The position numbers and the translations under genes are program-made. From Phenylobacterium sp. (GTDB lineage Bacteria > Pseudomonadota > Alphaproteobacteria > Caulobacterales > Caulobacteraceae): a stretch of DNA of 40,000 nucleotides. The stretch is from contig NZ_JBEPUO010000007.1 in the NCBI RefSeq assembly GCF_041691455.1, positions 97,951 to 137,950 of the forward strand, written 5' to 3'. Positions 8,450 to 16,625 of this stretch are shown here, piece after piece (position 1 is the first letter of the stretch; every line of letters begins with the position of its first letter). Below the pieces are notes generated by a model. That model was given only the letters and a program-made list of their open reading frames with translations. It was not told the DNA's origin and did not search any database.

Positions 8450-8761
8450 TCAGCGGGCGGAGCGGCTGCGGGACCAGATGAGGTTGTAACCCTCGTCGGC
8501 ATCCATCAGGGACGCGTAGATCTCCCGCGGGAAGCTGGGGTCGTCGAGCTTGACCGAGAGGTAGGCCCGTTGCTCGGCGGAGGTCTTCTTCCACGCCGCT
8601 CCCAGCTCGACCTTGCCGGCGAAGATGCGGTAGTCGGGGGCTTCGGGGCTGGTCTTGTCGTTGGGCCGGAAGGCCACGGACTTGACGTTGAGGCTGAGCG
8701 TGTTGATCGCGCCGGTGTAGGCGCCGTCGGCGGTTTGGGTGAAGGTTCCGATGGTCGACAT
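8450..8761 (-). CDS. DUF736-family protein (common ICE/plasmid backbone gene)
   Basis: 103 aa from the ATG at 8761, with AAGGAGA 7 nt upstream. [27 protein letters not shown]...[19 protein letters not shown]...YNLIWSR matches the DUF736 consensus as I remember it. The rest of track ORF 8450..9007 is an unsupported 5' extension. Confidence 0.8.
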   Translation of the reverse strand: MSTIGTFTQTADGAYTGAINTLSLNVKSVAFRPNDKTSPEAPDYRIFAGKVELGAAWKKTSAEQRAYLSVKLDDPSFPREIYASLMDADEGYNLIWSRSRSAR

Positions 8762-9123
8762 GGTGAAGTCTCCTTGCTCAAGCGAGGCCGCCCGTTGCGG
8801 CCGCGATGGCGATCGAGAGACCCGGCCGGACAGCGCCGGCGCAGACGAAGTCCCGCAGCGGAGCGGAGGACGGTGACGGCGGGCTTTCTTGCCTCGCGAG
8901 GAATGGGGCCGAAGGGCCCAGGGGAGGAAAGCCGGCCAAGCCGTTGCGGCGACGCCCGGCCAGGTCCAGATCACGTCAGAGCGGCTGCCACGGCGCGTCC
9001 CGCTCAAAGGAAGACGCCGCTCCCCGACTCAGAGAGACTCAAGCAAACCGTGGATGTCGCGCCGGCCCGAACCAGAGCAGACTGCCCTCCCCCACGGCGA
9101 AGGCCAACCGGACCCACGACCAG

Positions 9124-10029
9124 GTGAAGACCAGCCTCGACCAACTGCCGGACGCCAAGCGACGCGAACTCACCCGCGTCGTGGAGATCCTGTTCGCCGA
9201 GTTCGAGGACGCCCTCAAGGGCCGCAACGCCCCTCACCGCAAAGCCGGGCGGATCCTCAAGATCATCCTGTTCGGAAGCTACGCGCGTGGCGACTGGGTC
9301 GACGATCCCAAGGGGGGCTACAAGTCCGACTACGACCTGCTGGTGGTGACCAACCACGAGGAACTCGCCGACCTCCAGGAATACTGGGGCAAGGCCGACG
9401 ACCATCTTCTGCGGGCCTACCAGATCGGCCACGAGCTCACCGCGCCGGCGCACTTCATCGTCCACGACCTCATCGACGTGAACAAACAGCTGAAGCGGGG
9501 CCGGCCGTTCTTCGTCGATATCGTCCGCGACGGCATCGCGCTCTACGAAGCGCCGGACCACCCGTTCGAACATGCCGAGCCGCTCTCGGCCGAAGAGGCA
9601 CTAACGGAAGCGCAGGGTTATTTTGAGGACTGGAATGCCAAGGCTCCGAGCGCGCTCAAACTCGCTCGGTTCGCTATCAGCGAGAATGAGTTCAAGGACG
9701 CCGCCTTCCTGCTCCACCAAGCAACGGAGCGCCTCTATCACTGCGCCCTGTTGGTCCTGACCCTCTACAGCCCGAAGTCCCACAAGCTGAACTTCCTGCG
9801 CTCTCAGGCTGAGCGACTGGTCCCGCTCCTCATCGCTGCGTGGCCGCGCGACACGCGGTTCGAACAGCGCGCCTGGGAGCTCCTACGCCGAGCCTACGTC
9901 GATGCCCGCTACTCGAAGCACTACAAGATCTCCGCCGAGGAACTGGCCTGGCTCGCCGAGCGAGTCGCCATTCTTCAAGAGACGGTTCGCCTGGTCTGCG
10001 AGGAGCATCTCGCAAAGGGACAGCCCTGA
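9124..10029 (+). CDS. fused minimal nucleotidyltransferase (MNT) plus HEPN domain protein
   Basis: Start is the GTG at 9124 (VKTSLDQLPD...). The upstream 106 codons of track ORF 8806..10029 are Arg/Gly/Pro-rich junk. NTase motif: LFGSYARGDW...SDYDLLVV (GS...DxD). The C-terminal helical domain carries SPKSHKLNFL and YVDARYSKHY, resembling HEPN (PF05168-type) signatures. Confidence 0.8.
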   Translation: MKTSLDQLPDAKRRELTRVVEILFAEFEDALKGRNAPHRKAGRILKIILFGSYARGDWVDDPKGGYKSDYDLLVVTNHEELADLQEYWGKADDHLLRAYQIGHELTAPAHFIVHDLIDVNKQLKRGRPFFVDIVRDGIALYEAPDHPFEHAEPLSAEEALTEAQGYFEDWNAKAPSALKLARFAISENEFKDAAFLLHQATERLYHCALLVLTLYSPKSHKLNFLRSQAERLVPLLIAAWPRDTRFEQRAWELLRRAYVDARYSKHYKISAEELAWLAERVAILQETVRLVCEEHLAKGQP

Positions 10030-10243
10030 CGGACGTCGGCAGCCCACGGTAACCGGGCTTCTTCCGCCGTGCGTCAGCCCGTATGCTGGCAACGTCGGGC
10101 GCCGGGACATAGGCGCGGGTCTTGAGCCGGGATGCGTCGGAGACGCCGCATCGGCAGCGGCCCAAGCTGAAGCACCGGGCCGCCATAGCTGGACGGTTTC
10201 CAACGCCCGACCCCTTATCTCTCCGACGGAACCGGAGGCGGCG

Positions 10244-10873
10244 CTAGGGACGTCCGCCAGCCCAGATCAGGAAATCGAGCTTCTTGACCGGGTGGATACT
10301 CGAGGCGCCGGCCACAGCCGCGAACTGCGCGTCGAACTGGTCGCACCACGCGCGCGCCGCCGTGGTCTGGCTCAGCGCAGTCATCACCTCCTGCAGCCAG
10401 TCGTAGTAAGTCACCGCCTCTTCGGACCCGGCCCCGAACCGTGGGGCTGGCATCCGAGCGGCCAGAAACTCGCGGATGACACTGTCGAGCACTGGGGCCT
10501 CTGGGCGAAGTGTCGCCACGAGCTTGCTCACGAACGAGGCCTCAACCCGCCCGGTCTCCCTCTCGACCGCCGCCAAAGCCCAGCGGAACAGGGCGGCCGG
10601 GTCGGGGCCCCGCTGCTTGGCCGCCTCGAAGGTCGCGTAGAAGACAGACCGCCAAGCGGCGTTCCGCCGAACGCCATAGAAGCCGTTGAACTTTCGTTGG
10701 AAGTCGGCCGCGGCTGGACTGGCGAGATCAAGCCTTGAGCCGCTGTCGGCCAGGTCCAGGTAGAGCTCGATGGGCCCGGGACGACGGCGGGCCAGCAGAT
10801 CGCTGGCCGCCGGCATCAGCACCGGCAGCGCCCCGGCCAGGTCGGCCACATTGTCCGCGATCGCTCCGCCCAT
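10244..10873 (-). CDS. hypothetical protein, divergent from the dpd modification operon
   Basis: The track ORF is 10244..10921. The ATG at 10873 has GGGAGGG 6 nt upstream and is preferred (209 aa). Composition is balanced (FQRKFNGFYGVRRNAAWRSVFYATFEAAK...). I recognise no family. Confidence 0.5.
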   Translation of the reverse strand: MGGAIADNVADLAGALPVLMPAASDLLARRRPGPIELYLDLADSGSRLDLASPAAADFQRKFNGFYGVRRNAAWRSVFYATFEAAKQRGPDPAALFRWALAAVERETGRVEASFVSKLVATLRPEAPVLDSVIREFLAARMPAPRFGAGSEEAVTYYDWLQEVMTALSQTTAARAWCDQFDAQFAAVAGASSIHPVKKLDFLIWAGGRP

Positions 10874-11115
10874 GGCCGCCCTCCCGCAGTTCGATGTCGC
10901 CGGTTCATTGGATCGGCGCAAGCCGTGCCGGGTGGACCCCTTGCCCCGGCGGTGTAGAAGACCCGCCCGCTGTCGAATCGCGGCAGAATTTCTGAAGCAC
11001 GCGGCAATAACTGTGCGCTCTTCCGCGAATCAAATGCGTGGGAAACTGCAGAGGATCGAGGGCTTCGGAACAGATATAACTGTCGGCCCCTATCGACGGA
11101 GACAACGCAGAGATC

Positions 11116-12030
11116 ATGACGGCGACCGTCATCACCATGTGCAGCAACCGCAAGCGAGGCGACCCCGCCGCCGACCTGTCGGCCGCAGGGCTTGCCCGAG
11201 GAACCGCGGACGCCGTGGCGGCGGTCTGGGGGCGACGACTGGTCCAAGCCCCCTGCGCGCTGACCGCCCGCCAACTGTATGGCGGCCGTGGCTTTCGGGA
11301 AGCGGAAGCCGCCGCCGAGGCTCAGGGCGGGGCGTTTTTGGTGGTGTCGGCCGGCCTCGGCCTGGTCGCTGCGGATGCGGCGGTCCCGGCCTACGGCCTG
11401 ACCCTGCTGGCCAGCCACGCGGATGGCATCTTGGGAAAGATCGACGACGACGAGGCCTCGGCCTGGTGGCGCGCCCTGACGTCCGTATCCCCCTTCCACA
11501 GCCCCGACATTCCGGGACGCGGGCTCATTTTGGCGGCGCTCTCGGCCCCCTACATGGCGATGGTGGCCGACGACTGGGCGGGGTGGCCCGCGGAGCGGTT
11601 CGCGCGGCTGCGAGTATTCAGTAAGTCCCCGCCGGTCGGCGCGGCGGCCGCGCTCGCGCCGGCGTGGATGCCTTACGACGACCGACTGGACGCCATCGGT
11701 CCGGGACACGCGGGGACGCAGGCCGACTTCGCCCAGCGCGCACTCCGGCACTTTGCGGTCACGTTCACGACGTCCAGCCGCGGCGCACCATCCGACGCCG
11801 CGGCCGTGCGGGCCGGGCTGCAGGGCCTGACCGAGCGCGAACGCCCGGAACGGAAGCGCCTTGACGATGCTGACCTGCTCGCGCTGATTTCCGCGGAGTG
11901 GGACGCAGCCGGGGGGCGGTCGGGGGCCATGCTGCGACGGCTGCGCGACGACCTGCACATCGCCTGTGAACAGTCCCGGCTGAAGACACTGTTCAAGACG
12001 GTGGCCGCGTCCAGAGGGTCAGCGTCATGA
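11116..12030 (+). CDS. dpdC: DpdC-like protein (YaaA/DUF328-like); predicted preQ0-DNA to amido-deazaguanine (ADG) conversion
   Basis: 304 aa. The pattern VITMCSNRK / ARQLYGGRGF / LVVSAGLGLVAADAAVPAYGLTL parallels the YaaA motifs ISPAK / Y.G / LSGLYGVLRPLD..PYRLEM. It is the first gene of the operon, and its stop overlaps the dpdB start (ATGA). The assignment rests on pattern plus context. Confidence 0.55.
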   Translation: MTATVITMCSNRKRGDPAADLSAAGLARGTADAVAAVWGRRLVQAPCALTARQLYGGRGFREAEAAAEAQGGAFLVVSAGLGLVAADAAVPAYGLTLLASHADGILGKIDDDEASAWWRALTSVSPFHSPDIPGRGLILAALSAPYMAMVADDWAGWPAERFARLRVFSKSPPVGAAAALAPAWMPYDDRLDAIGPGHAGTQADFAQRALRHFAVTFTTSSRGAPSDAAAVRAGLQGLTERERPERKRLDDADLLALISAEWDAAGGRSGAMLRRLRDDLHIACEQSRLKTLFKTVAASRGSAS

Positions 12031-13130
12031 CCCGGGGTGAGCAGGTCATCGTGCGGGCGCTTCGAACGCGCCAGGCCACGTCGATCGACGTCTATGAATT
12101 CTTCATCCGCGGCGCCCAGGTCGCGCAGATCGCCGACATCTCGCGGCTGCGGCGCGGCGACGGCGAGCTCGAAGGGTTCCAGCGGCGGGAGATCAAGTCC
12201 CACGTGGCGGAGATCGCCGAGTTCCTCGCCCAGGGGCCCGTGCTGTTCCCCAACGCGATCATCCTGGCCCTGTCGCCCGAGGTCCGCTTCGAGCAGTCCC
12301 GCGGCCCCAAGATCGGCGACGACGCGGTGATCGCCGGTAAACTCTCTCTGCCACTGCGGCCGGAAGGCCAACGCGCCGCCTGGATTGTCGACGGCCAGCA
12401 GCGCTCGCTGGCGCTCGCCAAGGCGAAGGACTGCGACCTCCTGGTGCCGGTGGTGGCGTTCGTTTCCGCCGATGTGGCGGTGCAGCGGGAGCAGTTCATT
12501 CTGGTGAACAAGGCGCGGCCGTTGCCTCCGCGCCTGATCGACGAGCTCCTGCCGGAGATGACCCTGGCCCTCCCCCGGGACTTGAAGGCCCGGCAGGTGC
12601 CGAGCGCCCTGTGCAGCGCCCTGCACGACGATCCGAAGTCGCCATTCCATGGCCTGATCAAACGCGGCTCCGAACCGGGCGCGCCCACCGCCGTCGTCAC
12701 CGACCGGGTGCTGATCGACACGCTGGTGGGCAATCTGCGCGCCGGTGGCGCACTGGGGGCCTACCGCGCCGGCGACGGACTTGAGCCGCTGCACGAAGCG
12801 CTCTGCACCTACTGGCAGGCGGTTCGCGAGGCCTTCCCGGACGCTTGGGGGCGGCCTGCGGGCGACAGCCGGCTGATGCACTCCGCCGGGATCCGCGCCA
12901 TGGGCGCGCTGATGGACCCGGTCTGGACCCGCGCCGACGCTACCGCCGATCCGGCGTCGCATGTGCGGGAGTCCCTGGCGCGCCTGGCCCCCTATTGTCG
13001 CTGGACCGAGGGGGTCTGGGGCGACTTGGGGTGGGGCTGGAACGACCTTCAGGCGACCTCAAGACACATCAAGGGCCTCACCGAATATCTGTTGCAGCTC
13101 GACCGCAGCCTCGCGCGGCCTTCGCGATGA
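12027..13130 (+). CDS. dpdB: DGQHR-domain (DndB/ParB-like) protein, DpdB
   Basis: 367 aa. Motifs: WIVDGQQRSLAL (DGQHR motif), GFQRREIKSHVAEIAEFL, LFPNAIILAL, QFILVNKARPLP. ATGA overlaps occur with both neighbouring genes. Confidence 0.8.
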   Translation: MTRGEQVIVRALRTRQATSIDVYEFFIRGAQVAQIADISRLRRGDGELEGFQRREIKSHVAEIAEFLAQGPVLFPNAIILALSPEVRFEQSRGPKIGDDAVIAGKLSLPLRPEGQRAAWIVDGQQRSLALAKAKDCDLLVPVVAFVSADVAVQREQFILVNKARPLPPRLIDELLPEMTLALPRDLKARQVPSALCSALHDDPKSPFHGLIKRGSEPGAPTAVVTDRVLIDTLVGNLRAGGALGAYRAGDGLEPLHEALCTYWQAVREAFPDAWGRPAGDSRLMHSAGIRAMGALMDPVWTRADATADPASHVRESLARLAPYCRWTEGVWGDLGWGWNDLQATSRHIKGLTEYLLQLDRSLARPSR

Positions 13131-14416
13131 AGTTCGTGTTCGCCGACAGCCTCGACGTGGTCGATCCGGGATACGACTTCCTCAACGACCGGCATTCCCC
13201 GGGGCGCAAGCCCTACTGGGACGACGCCTATCCGCACGAGATCCTCGGCTACGCCCCCTACGACGGCATCCTGGTGTCCCGCGGCATCGTCGGCGACGGC
13301 CCGGTGAAGGGCAAATATTCCGACGCCCAGGCCATGCGCTTCAAGCGGGTGGGCGCCCGCACCTTCCTGCGGCTCGACAAGCCGGAGTTTGCGGGCCTCA
13401 GCCTGTTCGGCGACTGCGGCGCCTTCACCTACGTCAACGAGACCGTCCCGCCCTACACGCCGGCGGACACCGCCGAGTTCTACGACACTTGTGACTTCAC
13501 CCACGGCTGCTCCGTGGACCACATCATCTTCGACTTCCTTGAAGACGAACTGGGTCTGGCGGGCGCCACGCCGGAGGCGCAACGGCGCTTCGACCTGACG
13601 CTGGCCAACGCCGAAGCGTTCCTGACTGAGGCGCGCCAGTCCCATCGGTTCACGCCGCTCGGCGTGATCCAGGGCTGGTCGCCCGCCAGCATGGCTGAGG
13701 CCGCCCGCCGCTTGGTGGCCATGGGCTACGACTATCTAGCGATCGGCGGCATGGTGCCTCTTAAGATCAACCAGATCGCTCGGGCCCTCGCCGTCATCCG
13801 CGCGGCCATCCCCGCTGGGGTGCGCCTGCACATCCTGGGCTTCGGCAAGGCCAACGAGATGCTGGATGTCGCCGCCCATGACGTCACCAGCTTCGACACC
13901 ACCTCGCCGCTGATCCGCGCCTTCAAGGACGACAAACAGAACTACTGGGTTCCCCGCGCGGGCGGCGGGGTGGGCTACTACACGGCGATCCGGATCCCGC
14001 AGGCCATCGAGAACCCGCGGCTGCAACGTCTGGTGAAGCAAGGGGATTTCCGAGCGGAGGAACTGACTCGGCTTGAAGGTCTGTCCCTCGCGGCCCTGCG
14101 GGCGCACGACAAGGCGCCCCAGGACGTCGAGGCGGTGCTGGAGCCGATCCTGGAATACAACGCCATCCTGGCCACCGGCCGTCCGTTCGAAGACGTCCGG
14201 CAGCACCCCACGATGCAGAAACTAGCGGTTCGCTACCGCGAGACCCTCAGGGACCGGCCCTGGACAAAATGTCCTTGCCCCATTTGCCGTGACGCCGGCG
14301 TAGAGGTGATGATCTTCCGCGCCAGCAACCGCAACAAGCGGCGCGGCATCCACAATCTGGGGATCTTCAAGACCGTCCTTGACGGTTTGCCCGCAACTTC
14401 GGACGACGCTGCATGA
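13127..14416 (+). CDS. dpdA: DpdA, tRNA-guanine-transglycosylase-superfamily DNA 7-deazaguanine transglycosylase
   Basis: 429 aa from the ATG at 13127 (ATGA overlap). The track ORF 12845..14416 has an unsupported 5' extension that overlaps dpdB. The C-terminal WTKCPCPICRD...GIHNL gives the CxCxxC...H zinc site of the TGT superfamily. It is embedded between DGQHR proteins and queDC. Confidence 0.85.
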   Translation: MKFVFADSLDVVDPGYDFLNDRHSPGRKPYWDDAYPHEILGYAPYDGILVSRGIVGDGPVKGKYSDAQAMRFKRVGARTFLRLDKPEFAGLSLFGDCGAFTYVNETVPPYTPADTAEFYDTCDFTHGCSVDHIIFDFLEDELGLAGATPEAQRRFDLTLANAEAFLTEARQSHRFTPLGVIQGWSPASMAEAARRLVAMGYDYLAIGGMVPLKINQIARALAVIRAAIPAGVRLHILGFGKANEMLDVAAHDVTSFDTTSPLIRAFKDDKQNYWVPRAGGGVGYYTAIRIPQAIENPRLQRLVKQGDFRAEELTRLEGLSLAALRAHDKAPQDVEAVLEPILEYNAILATGRPFEDVRQHPTMQKLAVRYRETLRDRPWTKCPCPICRDAGVEVMIFRASNRNKRRGIHNLGIFKTVLDGLPATSDDAA

Positions 14417-15528
14417 GTTCCCTCACCTTCTTCGCCACGCGGGCCCGCCAGAGCGTCGAGCACGAGGTGCTGACCTTCGCCGCCACGGCCGAGCAGGTGT
14501 TGAGCTTCGCCCAGATCGACCGCATCGGCCGCGACGCGCAAGGCGAACTGCAAGGCTTCCAGCGACCGCAGATCGCCCACCACATCCGGGAGATCCGGGA
14601 TTATCTGGAAAAGCCGGACGCCGTGCTGCCCAACGCGATCGTGATCGCGTTCACGGAGGGCGTCGTCTTTAAGGAGACCCAGCCTGGCATCTGCAAGGTG
14701 ACCATCGACATAACCGATGGCCCCCGTGGCTTGGTGGTTGATGGCCAGCAGCGGCTCTCGGCGCTCAGCCAGGTAAACCGGCCCGACTTCCAACTGTTCG
14801 TCTCGTTGCTGATTTGTCGGGACGACATGGAATTGCGCCGCCAGTTTGTGCTGATCAACAACACCCGGCCCTTGCCTAAGTCGCTGATCTACGAGCTGCT
14901 GCCGACCGTGGACGGCCTTCCCGACCGCATGGAGAGCCGCTCGACGGCGGCGACCCTGACGGAACGTCTGAACCGAAGCGAGAGCTCGTCGCTGAAGGGC
15001 CAGATCAGCCAGCACACCAATCCGGACGGCGCGATCAAGGACACGGTTTTCCAGAGGGCCATGATGACCTCGCTGAGCGACGGGGTCCTTCGGGAGTTGA
15101 TCGATCTGCCCGGCGGAGAGGCCAAGTGCGTCAAGCTGGTGAGCGAGTTCTTCAAGGCGGTCCAGAACACCTTCCCCGAGGAATGGTGGGGTCAAACCGC
15201 GAGTTCCTCGCGTCTTCTCGGCGGCGCCGGCATCCAGTCCATGGCGTATGTGATGGACGACTTGGCCCACGGTGGCGCGCGGACTTGGCGGGAGTTCGCC
15301 GAGGGCCTGGAGTGCCTCAAGGGCAAGACCGCCTGGACCGCAGGCTCCTGGGACTTTGGCGGGGGCGATGTCCGCCACTGGCACGCGATCAACGTGGTCA
15401 ATCGCGACGTGGTGATGATCACCAACTATCTGCAGACCCTGGTGCGGCGCGACCAGCGCGCGCGCCGAAGCGGAGACCCCGCGCCGGCGCCGCTCATGGA
15501 GCGGCTGCTTTCACCGAACGACTCGTGA
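14413..15528 (+). CDS. second DGQHR-domain (DndB/DpdB-like) paralogue
   Basis: 371 aa. It is clearly paralogous to 12027-13130: GELQGFQRPQIAHHIREIRDYL, VLPNAIVIAF, LVVDGQQRLSAL, QFVLINNTRPLPKSLIYELLP. An ATGA overlap joins it to the dpdA stop. Confidence 0.8.
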   Translation: MSSLTFFATRARQSVEHEVLTFAATAEQVLSFAQIDRIGRDAQGELQGFQRPQIAHHIREIRDYLEKPDAVLPNAIVIAFTEGVVFKETQPGICKVTIDITDGPRGLVVDGQQRLSALSQVNRPDFQLFVSLLICRDDMELRRQFVLINNTRPLPKSLIYELLPTVDGLPDRMESRSTAATLTERLNRSESSSLKGQISQHTNPDGAIKDTVFQRAMMTSLSDGVLRELIDLPGGEAKCVKLVSEFFKAVQNTFPEEWWGQTASSSRLLGGAGIQSMAYVMDDLAHGGARTWREFAEGLECLKGKTAWTAGSWDFGGGDVRHWHAINVVNRDVVMITNYLQTLVRRDQRARRSGDPAPAPLMERLLSPNDS

Positions 15529-15547
15529 TCTTCTCCGCAGCGCAGCC

Positions 15548-15919
15548 ATGTATGAACTGACCAAGCAATTCCGCTTCGATGCGGCCCACACCCTCCTCCG
15601 CGACGTCGAAGCGGACGGGAGCCGGCGCATTCATGGGCATTCCTATCGCGCCGAGGTGACCCTGCGTGGGGCGCCCGACCCGGCCAGCGGCATGATCATC
15701 GATACGCGGATCCTGGCCGACAAGCTGGAAGAGACCCGCTGCGCCTTGGACCATCGCTTCCTGGACGAGATCAACGATCTCGGTCCCGGCACGATGGAAA
15801 ACCTCTGCAGCTTCATCTGGCGCCGCCTCGAGCCCGACATTCCCAGCCTGCACAGCGTCACCGTCCTGAGGGATTCCACCGCCGATCGCGTCACCTACTA
15901 CGGTGAGAGCCCGGCGTGA
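15548..15919 (+). CDS. queD: 6-carboxy-5,6,7,8-tetrahydropterin synthase QueD
   Basis: 123 aa. FRFDAAHTL...[12 protein letters not shown]...GMIIDTRIL is typical of the QueD/PTPS family. Confidence 0.9.
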   Translation: MYELTKQFRFDAAHTLLRDVEADGSRRIHGHSYRAEVTLRGAPDPASGMIIDTRILADKLEETRCALDHRFLDEINDLGPGTMENLCSFIWRRLEPDIPSLHSVTVLRDSTADRVTYYGESPA

Positions 15920-16623
15920 GCGGCGCCCTAGTGCTGTTCTCCGGCGGCCAGGACTCCGCGACCTGCCTGGCCTGGGCCCTGACCCGCTTCGAGCGGGTCG
16001 AGACCATCGGCTTCGACTACCGCCAGCGGCATCGCGCGGAACTCACCGCTCGCAGCGAATTCCGGGCCGACCTGGCCCGCGCGTTTCCGGACTGGGGCGT
16101 CAAGCTGGGCGACGACCACATGCTGGACCTGGGCGTCCTCGCCGAGGTCAGCGATACGGCCCTGACCCGGGACATGGCGATCGCCACCGCCGCCTCCGGC
16201 CTGCCCAACACCTTCGTGCCCGGCCGCAACCTGCTGTTCCTGACCTTCGCCGGCGCCGTCGCCTACCGCCGCGACCTCAAGCACATCGTCACCGGCGTCT
16301 GCGAGACCGACTACTCGGGCTATCCGGACTGCCGGGACGACACCATCAAGGCCCTGCAGGTCGCCCTTAACCTCGGCATGGAGCGGCGCTTCGTCCTCGA
16401 GACCCCGCTCATGTGGATCGACAAGGCTGCCACCTGGGAGATGGCCCGCCAACTCGGCGGCCTGCGCCTCGTGGACCTGGTCCGCGACCGGACGCTCACC
16501 TGCTACGAGGGCGACACCACCCACGAGCACGCCTGGGGCCGCGGTTGCGGCGTCTGCCCGGCCTGCGATCTTCGCGCGAAAGGCTATGTCGCCTGGCGGC
16601 GTATGGAGTCGGTTCAGGCCTGA
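15916..16623 (+). CDS. queC: 7-cyano-7-deazaguanine (preQ0) synthase QueC
   Basis: 235 aa. It has the PP-loop [18 protein letters not shown] and the C-terminal Cys cluster CYEG...[11 protein letters not shown]. The GTG start overlaps the queD stop (GTGA). Confidence 0.92.
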   Translation: MSGALVLFSGGQDSATCLAWALTRFERVETIGFDYRQRHRAELTARSEFRADLARAFPDWGVKLGDDHMLDLGVLAEVSDTALTRDMAIATAASGLPNTFVPGRNLLFLTFAGAVAYRRDLKHIVTGVCETDYSGYPDCRDDTIKALQVALNLGMERRFVLETPLMWIDKAATWEMARQLGGLRLVDLVRDRTLTCYEGDTTHEHAWGRGCGVCPACDLRAKGYVAWRRMESVQA

Positions 16624-16625
16624 AC
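16612..16625. repeat. perfect 14-bp palindrome GTTCAGGCCTGAAC containing the stop codons of both convergent genes (queC and the dpdD-like gene)
   Basis: Read directly. On each strand the palindrome reads GTT CAG GCC TGA, so both proteins end in V-Q-A-stop. The two coding regions overlap by 10 bp (16614-16623). Confidence 0.9.

Noticed and set aside
8806-9123. 5' extension (106 codons) of the NTase-HEPN ORF, and overlapping ORF 8889..9626
   Set aside because: The translation is Arg/Gly/Pro-rich. The recognisable protein begins at the GTG at 9124. The extension would also run across the DUF736 promoter region.
10130-10155. Imperfect hairpin (GATGCGTC...GACGCCGCATC) between the convergent NTase-HEPN and hypothetical genes, considered as a possible terminator
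   Set aside because: The stem is interrupted and no T-tract follows on either strand.
10979-11006. CGCGGCA repeated 21 bp apart in the dpdC upstream region
   Set aside because: A GC-rich 7-mer recurring once is plausible by chance in this composition, and no dyad symmetry is present.
12845-13126. 5' extension of the dpdA ORF (track start 12845)
   Set aside because: It overlaps the 3' end of dpdB in another frame. The ATG at 13127 forms an ATGA junction with the dpdB stop, and the protein looks normal from that point.
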